The notes under the pieces: generated by a model
The model's database searches: none
What the model saw: only the letters and a program-made list of their open reading frames with translations
What the model was told of the DNA's origin: nothing
Program-made: the position numbers and the translations under genes
NCBI GenBank assembly: GCA_040222015.1
Contig: JAVJWO010000134.1
Coordinates: 39,035 to 103,034, forward strand
Length of the DNA stretch: 64,000 nt
Origin: Coleofasciculus chthonoplastes F2-STO-03
Lineage (GTDB): Bacteria; Cyanobacteriota; Cyanobacteriia; Cyanobacteriales; Coleofasciculaceae
Direction: 5' to 3'
Part shown: piece after piece, positions 9,402 through 17,512 of the stretch
How the letters are laid out: each line of letters begins with the position of its first letter
Numbering within the stretch: position 1 is the stretch's first letter

Positions 9402-12400
9402 ATGCAAAACTTACGCAATAAATCCTGGCGCATCAGTTACTCCAGCAACGAAAATAACCCTATTGCTGACTTCTACATCCCCGCCTTAGAATGCGCCGTT
9501 CAATACGATCGCAAATCCGGCTTCTTCAACAGTGCCATATTAAGCAAAGTCGCCCGTGGTTTAGGGGCAATGCTGCACAACGAGGGAAAAATACGGCTGA
9601 TTATGGGCTGTCAGTTTAGCCCCCAAGACTTGCAAGCCATCCAACAAGGTTACGAACTACGGGAAGCTTTACTCACTCGCCTGGATACCGAACTCAACCC
9701 TCCAGAAAACTTCGTCCAACTCAAACATTTTGAGATTCTCAGTTGGCTAGTTGCTAACGGCTACCTGGATATTAAAATTGCTGTCCCCCTCAAAAATAAC
9801 GGCATACCGGAAGAAAGCCAAACCCAACTTGACCCGTATCACATTTTCCATGAAAAAGTTGGTATTTTTATCGATTCTCAAGGCAACCAATTAGCCTTCA
9901 GCGGTTCTAATAACGAATCCCTCAGCGGTTGGGAACGCAATGTCGAATCCTTCCACGTTTACTCTAGCTGGGAAGGTGGGAGAGATTTAGAACGAGTTAA
10001 TGAGGAACTGTTCCGTTTTGAACAACTCTGGAATAATTTAGCCCCCAACGTCCGAATCTTTGAAGTCCCAGAAGCAGTTCGGCAAAAGCTGTTGCGCTAC
10101 ACCCCAGCCACTAAACCCACTTGGAGTAAACAAGCAGAATTCGACAGGAGAACCCTACCGAAAAATGGGGGAGGTGTAGAAAGTCGATCGCCTGAAGGAG
10201 TGCGAGCGTCTCGCTCGCTATATCTTAATAATGGTTCCTTAGACCCTAATAATAGTTCCTTAGACCCTAATAATAGTTCGCTAAACTTGAGAGAGCGCGG
10301 GCAAGATAATGATCGACAAAATAGCAATCACAGCAAAAATAGCGATCGCGGGCAAGATGCCCGCACTACAAATCCCGAACTAACACCTGACCCTGAAACT
10401 AACGGGCAAGATGCCCGCACGACAAATCCCGAACTAACACCTGACCCTGAAACTAACGGGCAAGATGCCCACACGACAAATCCCGAACTAACACCTGACC
10501 CTGAAACTAACGGGCAAGATGCCCACACGACAAATCCCGAACTAACACCTGACCCTGAAACTAACGGGCAAGATGCCCGCACTACAAATCCCAAACTAAC
10601 ACCTGACCCTGAAACTAACGGGCAAGATGCCCACACGACAAATCCCGAACTAACACCTGACGCTGAAACTAACGGGCAAGATGCCCGCACGACAAATCCC
10701 GAACTAACACCTGACGCTGAAACTAACGGGCAAGATGCCCACACGACAAATCCCGAACTAACACCTGACCCTGAAACTAACGGGCAAGATGCCCACACTC
10801 CTGAAGAAATTGAACGAGAACGCCAAGCTTTTTCCCAACTCGCCAACCTGCACAAACACCCCGGCTGCTTGGACTTTTGCCTCAAATCTATTCCGATTAC
10901 CCCCTGGCCACACCAAATAAAAATACTCCGTCAAGTTGCCCAGCAGTTCCCCCGCAGTTTCCTCATTGCTGATGAAGTTGGACTGGGAAAGACAATTGAA
11001 ACAGGTTTAATTCTGCGTTACTTGCTAGTCAGCCAAAAAGTGAAGCGCGTCTTAATCCTCGCCCCTGCCAGTGTGCAACCCCAGTGGCAGGAAGAACTGC
11101 GAGAAAAGTTTAACCTTCACTTCTGGAGTTACGCACAAGGGGGATTAACTGACCCCTATGGAAGCAGTGTATTCCCAAGCAAAAACGAAGGTAGTGGGAG
11201 CATCTTGCTCCCTGGAACTACAAGCGGGGAAATTACACCCAACCGGGAGACTATTCCCAACCGGGAAACTATACCTAGCGGGCAAGATGCCCGCACTACC
11301 AACCCCTGGAATACCAAAGATTTAGTTCTCGCCTCTAGTCATTTGGTGCGCCGTACTGAAAGAATGCAGGAACTTTTAGAGGCTGAAGTTTGGGATTTAG
11401 TGGTGTTAGATGAAGCCCACCATGCACGGCGCAAAAGCCCTCAAGCGCGTAAGGATACCCCAAATCGGCTGCTGGAGTTAATGGGGCAACTCAAAGAAAA
11501 GACACGCGCTTTAGTGCTGCTATCTGCTACCCCAATGCAGATTGACCCAATTGAAGTCTTTGACTTACTCTCCCTCGTAGGGCTTCAGGGGTATTGGTCT
11601 TATGGCGATAACTTCTGTAGTTATTTTTCGACTTTACCAGAACCACCAGACCGCTTCATCCTGGAATTCTGGCAGCAGATGTCGGTAGATTATTTTAAAC
11701 GTGGCGGTAAGTCCTGTTCTCGTTTACAGCAGTACTTGGAGAAACTGGATCGTTTCATCACTTACAAACTGCAAAATGTCTGGAAAGATGGGCAAAAAAT
11801 AGTAAATCCCAGACAATATCTAGCTGACGAACCCTTTATCGCCACATCTAGACAGTACCTCACCGTCAATACTCCCCTCAAAGATTTAATGTTCCGCCAC
11901 ACCCGCGATACTCTACGGCAATACTATCGCTTGGGTTTGCTAGACCGAGATATTCCCCAGCGGGATGTGCGAGACAACGCCATTTCCCTAGAACCGAACC
12001 GGGAAGTCCCCCTCTATCGCGCCGTCAGCGAGTACGTGCGAAACTTCTATCGCCTTGCCCAAAAGCAGGAACGTAAGGCGTTAGGCTTTTTGATGACGCT
12101 GTACCGCAAGCGATTAACTAGCTCATTTTATGCCATTCGCGAATCCTTGCAACGCCGCTTAGATTCTCTGCAGGAAGGGGCGGGTAGTAGTGTTACCAGC
12201 GATGATTTGAGTGATATTGACGAGGCAGATGATGCCGTAATTACTGGTTTGGAATCATTTTTAGAACCCGTAGACCCCAGAGAAATTGAATATCTCGAAG
12301 ACTTGCTGCGTCAGTTTGAAAATACGGGGGAAGATAGCAAATTATCTCATTTAATTGACACTCTGCGCCGGGAATTGATTGAGCGAGAAAGTGCAATTAT

Positions 12401-13262
12401 TTTCACTCAGTATACCGACACGATGGACTATCTGCGGGAGTCACTGCGGCAGCTTTATGGAAGTCAGGTGGCCTGTTACTCCGGACGTGGGGGAGAGTTG
12501 TACCGGGGAAACGACTGGTGCATTTTGCCCAAAGAACTCATCAAACGCCAGTTCCGAGAAGGTGAGATTAAAATTTTACTGTGTACGGAATCGGCATCTG
12601 AGGGCTTGAATCTGCAAACTTGTGGGGTGTTAATCAATTATGATCTGCCCTGGAACCCGATGCGAGTTGAGCAAAGAATTGGACGTTTAGACCGAATTGG
12701 ACAGATTTATCCCACAGTTAAGATTCACAACTTCTATTATGATGGCACAGTAGAGGCGAAGGTATATCGAAAATTGCGCGATCGCATCAATGCTTTTGCT
12801 ACAGTTGTCGGCAACCTGCAACCGATTCTAGCTCAAGTTCCCACGTTTATCGAGCAAGCTGTGATGAGTGCTGATCCCGAAGAAGAAGATGTGTTGATGT
12901 CAGAATTTGAGCAGGTACTCAACACCCCACCCCTGCGTCCGGCTTTAGAAGAAATGATCGCTATGGATGTTGAGGCTGACTTACACGACATCCGCCAACC
13001 CATCCCCCCAACACCTGTTACACCAGAAACCATTGAACAGTTATTCACCACTTCAGCCCGTCTCAAGTCCGATGGTGTCGAGTTTGAACCCTTACGCGAT
13101 CGCATCTGGCAGCTTACCTATCAAGGGCAGCAGTACAATGTTACTTTTTATCCCGAAGTCTTCGATGAAATGCCTTCCCTGCGGCTGATGAGCTTTGGGG
13201 AGCCATTATTTGAACAGTTGCTCAACACCGCTGTAACTGTGACTTGTGCGATCGCGCCTTAA
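9402..13262 (+). CDS. PLD-like nuclease / SNF2 helicase of the restriction-like system, with two in-frame REPIN insertions
   Basis: N-terminal FHEKVGIF...FSGSNNES (HKD-like), ADEVGLGKT, LDEAHH, SATP, SEGLNLQ, EQRIGRLDRIGQ. Confidence 0.9.
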   Translation: MQNLRNKSWRISYSSNENNPIADFYIPALECAVQYDRKSGFFNSAILSKVARGLGAMLHNEGKIRLIMGCQFSPQDLQAIQQGYELREALLTRLDTELNPPENFVQLKHFEILSWLVANGYLDIKIAVPLKNNGIPEESQTQLDPYHIFHEKVGIFIDSQGNQLAFSGSNNESLSGWERNVESFHVYSSWEGGRDLERVNEELFRFEQLWNNLAPNVRIFEVPEAVRQKLLRYTPATKPTWSKQAEFDRRTLPKNGGGVESRSPEGVRASRSLYLNNGSLDPNNSSLDPNNSSLNLRERGQDNDRQNSNHSKNSDRGQDARTTNPELTPDPETNGQDARTTNPELTPDPETNGQDAHTTNPELTPDPETNGQDAHTTNPELTPDPETNGQDARTTNPKLTPDPETNGQDAHTTNPELTPDAETNGQDARTTNPELTPDAETNGQDAHTTNPELTPDPETNGQDAHTPEEIERERQAFSQLANLHKHPGCLDFCLKSIPITPWPHQIKILRQVAQQFPRSFLIADEVGLGKTIETGLILRYLLVSQKVKRVLILAPASVQPQWQEELREKFNLHFWSYAQGGLTDPYGSSVFPSKNEGSGSILLPGTTSGEITPNRETIPNRETIPSGQDARTTNPWNTKDLVLASSHLVRRTERMQELLEAEVWDLVVLDEAHHARRKSPQARKDTPNRLLELMGQLKEKTRALVLLSATPMQIDPIEVFDLLSLVGLQGYWSYGDNFCSYFSTLPEPPDRFILEFWQQMSVDYFKRGGKSCSRLQQYLEKLDRFITYKLQNVWKDGQKIVNPRQYLADEPFIATSRQYLTVNTPLKDLMFRHTRDTLRQYYRLGLLDRDIPQRDVRDNAISLEPNREVPLYRAVSEYVRNFYRLAQKQERKALGFLMTLYRKRLTSSFYAIRESLQRRLDSLQEGAGSSVTSDDLSDIDEADDAVITGLESFLEPVDPREIEYLEDLLRQFENTGEDSKLSHLIDTLRRELIERESAIIFTQYTDTMDYLRESLRQLYGSQVACYSGRGGELYRGNDWCILPKELIKRQFREGEIKILLCTESASEGLNLQTCGVLINYDLPWNPMRVEQRIGRLDRIGQIYPTVKIHNFYYDGTVEAKVYRKLRDRINAFATVVGNLQPILAQVPTFIEQAVMSADPEEEDVLMSEFEQVLNTPPLRPALEEMIAMDVEADLHDIRQPIPPTPVTPETIEQLFTTSARLKSDGVEFEPLRDRIWQLTYQGQQYNVTFYPEVFDEMPSLRLMSFGEPLFEQLLNTAVTVTCAIAP
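10197..10801. repeat. in-frame REPIN plus 54-bp tandem array in the helicase linker (left REP 10197-10218; 21-bp units; right REP 10348-10369; 8 x 54-bp units 10349-10780 plus partial ninth)
   Basis: Encodes (GQDA[R/H]TTNPELTPDPETN)x8; each unit begins with a REP hairpin CGGGCAAGATGCCC. Confidence 0.92.
11191..11299. repeat. second in-frame REPIN in helicase (left REP GTAGTGGGAGCATCTTGCTCCC; 2 x 18-bp CCCAACCGGGARACTATW; right REP 11278-11299)
   Basis: Encodes GSGSILLPGTTSGEITPNRETIPNRETIPSGQDARTT between Walker A and DEAH motifs. Confidence 0.88.
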
Positions 13263-13299
13263 GCTATTCGGCATTTAAACTTTATTTCCACCAACCTAC

Positions 13300-14325
13300 T
13301 TACAAATGAGGGAATAACTTCAAAAAAGATTGCCGATAAAAATTTAAAACTCGTTGAGTATAAGCCGCCGTTGAACCCTGATTATATTGCTGGGGATCAC
13401 CCGTCATCCACCAAGCCGCAGCCCGCTGTACCGCCACTGTCTCATTATTACCACTCGCCTCATACTGTTTATTAAGCACATCTCCCATCACGCAAACTAA
13501 AATAGTACGGGCAGTCACCGGACTCGCGGCAAAATCGGCGGGTGTTAGTTCCTCTCCAATACATTGATTGGACCAACGGGGAATATTTTCTGGTTTAATT
13601 TGCCAATCACTGTAAAGTCCATCATTTTCTATTCCCGTTTGCGGTGCTGCCCGTCGTAGTGCTTCCACTAAAGCGGCGACTTTTGTATCAGAAATCGCGT
13701 TATTGGTTGAGGAACGGGCGGCAGCTTGAGGCTGAGAGGCGGCTGACGATTGACTTTCCGTCGGTTGAGAGGATGATGCTGGTTTTGCCGCCGAGGGAGT
13801 CGTGGTGGGTTGAGCGGGAGTTGCAGATTGTTGCGTCTGGGGATTACGGCGTTGCTGTTGGTAATTTTTCAGCACATTCTGAATGTAAGTGTAGGTGTAA
13901 GAGTTTTCAGGAATGCTATTATATTGACTCCCATCCCCAGTCATCCACCAAGCCGCTGCCCGTTGTATTGCCACCGACTCATTATTATTACTGGCACGAA
14001 ACTGCTCATTCAATACATCCCGCATCACGCACACCAAGATAGTCCGCGCCGTTACCGGACTGGCTTCAAAATCAGCAGGTGACAGTTCTCGTCCAATACA
14101 TTGCTTTGACCATCGGGGAATGTTACCCGGTTTAATTTGCCAGTCACTATAGAGTCCATCATCTGCCCTTCCCGTTTGCGGTGCGGCTAGTCGCAAAGCT
14201 TCCACCAGCGCTGAAACTTGAGCATCAGAGACTTGAGCGTATACCGGGGAACTCCAGAGTCCCAGAGAAAGTAACGCGGTACTCAGTAGGACTCGTTGAA
14301 CTGGTTTAATGAATTTGAAACCCAT
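13300..14325 (-). CDS. exported protein with two copies of a ~125-aa domain joined by a Q/S/P-rich linker
   Basis: Signal-peptide-like N-terminus (..SPVYA); duplicated ALVEALR.AAPQTG..DGLYSDWQIKP.NIPRWS.QCIG..AAAWWMTGD. Confidence 0.8.
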   Translation of the reverse strand: MGFKFIKPVQRVLLSTALLSLGLWSSPVYAQVSDAQVSALVEALRLAAPQTGRADDGLYSDWQIKPGNIPRWSKQCIGRELSPADFEASPVTARTILVCVMRDVLNEQFRASNNNESVAIQRAAAWWMTGDGSQYNSIPENSYTYTYIQNVLKNYQQQRRNPQTQQSATPAQPTTTPSAAKPASSSQPTESQSSAASQPQAAARSSTNNAISDTKVAALVEALRRAAPQTGIENDGLYSDWQIKPENIPRWSNQCIGEELTPADFAASPVTARTILVCVMGDVLNKQYEASGNNETVAVQRAAAWWMTGDPQQYNQGSTAAYTQRVLNFYRQSFLKLFPHL

Positions 14326-14576
14326 TGGCGATAACCCTTGTTTAGCTTTTGTAGAAACAATTCATGAATTACCCCTACAACTGGTAGTTTAACGGTAACG
14401 ATGAGGAATTTAAGTCGATAATTGGATTGCTGACTCGATGTTCTAGAGGAGCAGAGGCGAGAGTTGACTCGGTTTTTTGTATTCTGAGACACATTGAATC
14501 AAAAAATCCTGCTTCTGCTAAAGCGCTAATCTTATACTTAGAGACACCCAGACAGCCCGGTTGAAGGAGTAAAGCC

Positions 14577-15320
14577 ATGAATAATCCATTTGACAAATAT
14601 AGATATCAGATCAATCCCAATATATTCGGGATACTGAGAAACCTGATGATGATGACGACAGGCGCTACGGTGGTTGTCGCCCTGATTTTTGGCATTGGGT
14701 TATGGCGCACCGGGTCTCGTTTTTTGGGGCAAGTGACTAGCTTGTTCAGCACCCCTCAACCCGCACCCGAAGTTGACGTGCGCTCCTTGATTGTCCAGCA
14801 AGTGCGGGAGGTTAGCGATTTGACTACGGCTGTTTTTACGATGGAGGCGGTAGTTCCTACCCGTCAAGCTCGGACTTTGGCAGGGTATCCGATCGCGGAA
14901 ACCACACTCCTTTATATTGCTTATGGTGAGGTGCGGGCTGGTGTCGATTTGGCAGAACTTAAACCAGAAAATGTGCAAACTGTCAATGATACGCTTCAAC
15001 TTCAATTACCACCCCCCAAAATTTTAGATAGCAAAATTGACGTGAATCGGTCTCAGGTGTATGACTACGATCGCGGCTTCTTGGGATTAGGACCCGATAC
15101 AGCACCCCAGTTGCAGATGTTGGCGCAACAAGAGACATTGAAGAAAATTGTCTTCAATGCCTGTGAGCAAGGGGTCTTAAAAAAAGCCAACGAACGCGCC
15201 GAACTGGTTGTGGGTCAGTTGTTGACGACAGCCGGATATAAACAGGTAGAGGTAAATACTCAATCCCCTGTACCTGGCACTTGTCAGTCGGCGGCGTTAG
15301 CCTCTCAGCCTGGTAATTAA
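14577..15320 (+). CDS. DUF4230 domain protein
   Basis: N-terminal TM helix; GEVRAGVDL and LQLPPPKIL motifs. Confidence 0.8.
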   Translation: MNNPFDKYRYQINPNIFGILRNLMMMTTGATVVVALIFGIGLWRTGSRFLGQVTSLFSTPQPAPEVDVRSLIVQQVREVSDLTTAVFTMEAVVPTRQARTLAGYPIAETTLLYIAYGEVRAGVDLAELKPENVQTVNDTLQLQLPPPKILDSKIDVNRSQVYDYDRGFLGLGPDTAPQLQMLAQQETLKKIVFNACEQGVLKKANERAELVVGQLLTTAGYKQVEVNTQSPVPGTCQSAALASQPGN

Positions 15321-15377
15321 GGAGATAGGGAGCAATGTAGCACGTCTAGGAGATAGGTGTCAGATCAGGGAGATTCT

Positions 15378-15437
15378 GTAGGGGCGGGTTTCACTACTAT
15401 CTTTTTGGTTACACCCAGATGTAACTAAACCCGCCCC
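15378..15437. repeat. GTAGGGGCGGGTTT...AAACCCGCCCC REP-like long hairpin (family also near 22972, 23054, 34920, 39608, 45730, 52539, 56455)
   Basis: Recurrent inverted repeat with variable loop. Confidence 0.8.
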
Positions 15438-15693
15438 GACTTTACAAATGACCAATGACCAATGACCAATTTTTTGTCCCAGAAGTCCCTCAGGAGGATT
15501 ACCCTGGAATCAGAGGACTTGTAAAGTTACTAATGAAGATACGTCAGTGTAGTATAAAACCTTACCAAAGGGAAGATTCGCTAATCCAGTCCAGGCAACA
15601 TCAGTCTACGCCGTGCCATCAATTGGCGAATGCGGGTGAACCCTGGTGTTTACATCGGGTTACCAGTCGAATTGAAGAGGACGTAATTTGACG

Positions 15694-16467
15694 ATGACTT
15701 ACTGTCTGGGCATTATTAACCGTTTTGGTATAGTCTTAGCGGCGGACTCTCGCACCAATGCCGGGGTAGACTATATTTCTACTTACAATAAGCTTTTTGA
15801 TTTTTCCCTGCCAGGAGAGCGAGCGATTGTTATATGTACATCGGGAAACCTGTCGATTACCCAAGGGGTAATCAATCAGTTGCATCGGGATCTACATAGT
15901 CAGGAAGAACTGAATATCCACTCCCTCCCGAATATGTATGAGGTGACTCGTTACGTTGGCAGCAAACTGCGACAAATTCAAGATCAAGACCGTCCTTGGT
16001 TAGAACGCGATCGCATTGATTTTCACTGTAGCTTGCTAGTCGGGGGTCAAATTCGTGGCGAAGCACCACAACTCTATCTGATTTACACCCAAGGGAATTT
16101 TATTCAAGCCACGCTGGAAACGCCGTTTTTGCAAATTGGCGAAACCAAGTATGGCAAACCCATTCTCGACCGAACTCTCACTTATGATATGCCCCTAGAG
16201 GCTGTTGCCAAGTGCGCTTTGCTGTCTATCGATTCAACCATGAAATCGAATATTTCAGTCGGACCCCCAATTAACTTGGTCATGTATGAAGCTGGCACAT
16301 TTATGGCTCGCCAGAAACTGCAACTGCGCTTAGGTGATCCCTATCTGGCAAAGATTCGCAAATTGTGGGAAGATTCGTTACGGCGGGCATTTGAATCCAT
16401 GCCAAATATTGAATGGCAGCATCCTCCAGTAGAAGATAATCAACAAGAAGATATTCTGATTGATTAA
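15694..16467 (+). CDS. proteasome-type protease (Anbu)
   Basis: MTYCLG N-terminal Thr, DSRTNAGVD, QIGETKYGKPILDR, SNISVGPP. Confidence 0.9.
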   Translation: MTYCLGIINRFGIVLAADSRTNAGVDYISTYNKLFDFSLPGERAIVICTSGNLSITQGVINQLHRDLHSQEELNIHSLPNMYEVTRYVGSKLRQIQDQDRPWLERDRIDFHCSLLVGGQIRGEAPQLYLIYTQGNFIQATLETPFLQIGETKYGKPILDRTLTYDMPLEAVAKCALLSIDSTMKSNISVGPPINLVMYEAGTFMARQKLQLRLGDPYLAKIRKLWEDSLRRAFESMPNIEWQHPPVEDNQQEDILID

Positions 16468-16500
16468 ATTCCCTATTCCCCATTCCCTATTCCTTGACAA

Positions 16501-17394
16501 ATGACGAATGACACAGGACAAATAACAAACCGATATTGGATTGGAGCGATCGCGGTTTTGGGAATGCTGGAGACAGCATTCCTCACTGTGGTTGAATGGT
16601 TAGGAAAAGCGGCGGAGATTTGTCCCACTCATGGCTGTCAAGCGGTGCTAGAAAGTCCTTATGCCCAGGTTTTTGGACTCCCTCTCCCCCTATTGGGGTT
16701 TCTTGCCTACACCACGTTGGCAGGGGTTACTCTAGCACCTTTAGCTCTTAAATCCTTGTCATCTGAGTGGGTGGAATCCAGTTGGCTAGTCATGCTGGCA
16801 ATTACCACCTGTATGCTGGTGAGTAGCAGCTATCTGATGGTGGTGATGCTGTTTGTCGTCAAGGGAATTTGTCCCTACTGCATCACCTCGGCGCTGTTGT
16901 CCTTAACCCTATTCCTGTGGACGGCGATCGGTTATGATTGGCAAGATATTGGACAAGTCACGCTGACAGGATTGGCGGTTGGTTTGCTGACATTCACGGG
17001 GATAGTGGGAGTCTATACTCATGTTCCTAGCGCTAGCGCTACTACAGGAGAATCCGGTCCACCCATTACCCATATCTCCGGTGCGGCTGAACTCGCGTTG
17101 GCACGTCATTTGACCACTGTAGGAGCAAGAATGTATGGTTCATTTACTTGCCCTCATTGTCACGAACAAAAACAACTTTTTGGTCAAGCCGCCTTTAATC
17201 AAATTGATTATATTGAATGCCATCCGCTTGGCAGGAATGCCCAGCCTGAACGCTGTCAATCCGCCAATATTAAAGGGGTTCCTACCTGGGAAATTCAGGG
17301 ACAGTTTTATTCTGGGGTGCAACCCTTAGAACGATTAGCAGATATTTCGGGGTATCAGGGTTCAGAGGCGTTTAAGTATGAGTTTCCTTATTAA
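16501..17394 (+). CDS. vitamin K epoxide reductase family protein fused to thioredoxin-like domain
   Basis: CPTHGC..VLESPY, ICPYC in TM region, C-terminal CPHC. Confidence 0.88.
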   Translation: MTNDTGQITNRYWIGAIAVLGMLETAFLTVVEWLGKAAEICPTHGCQAVLESPYAQVFGLPLPLLGFLAYTTLAGVTLAPLALKSLSSEWVESSWLVMLAITTCMLVSSSYLMVVMLFVVKGICPYCITSALLSLTLFLWTAIGYDWQDIGQVTLTGLAVGLLTFTGIVGVYTHVPSASATTGESGPPITHISGAAELALARHLTTVGARMYGSFTCPHCHEQKQLFGQAAFNQIDYIECHPLGRNAQPERCQSANIKGVPTWEIQGQFYSGVQPLERLADISGYQGSEAFKYEFPY

Positions 17395-17512
17395 AGCCCC
17401 CCTTTTTCGATCCCCCTTCCGTCTCCCAACCCCCCTCGTTCCCCCTGCTTCCAGACATAGCATGCTACGTCTCTACATTGCTCTCCCTGCTCCCCCTCAC
17501 CTCTCCACTTAT

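Noticed and set aside
10349..10801. Possible CRISPR array within helicase
   Set aside because: Sequences between hairpins are near-identical, and the array is in frame within a CDS.
10328..10885. 185-aa antisense ORF
   Set aside because: Shadow of the 54-bp repeat on the opposite strand.
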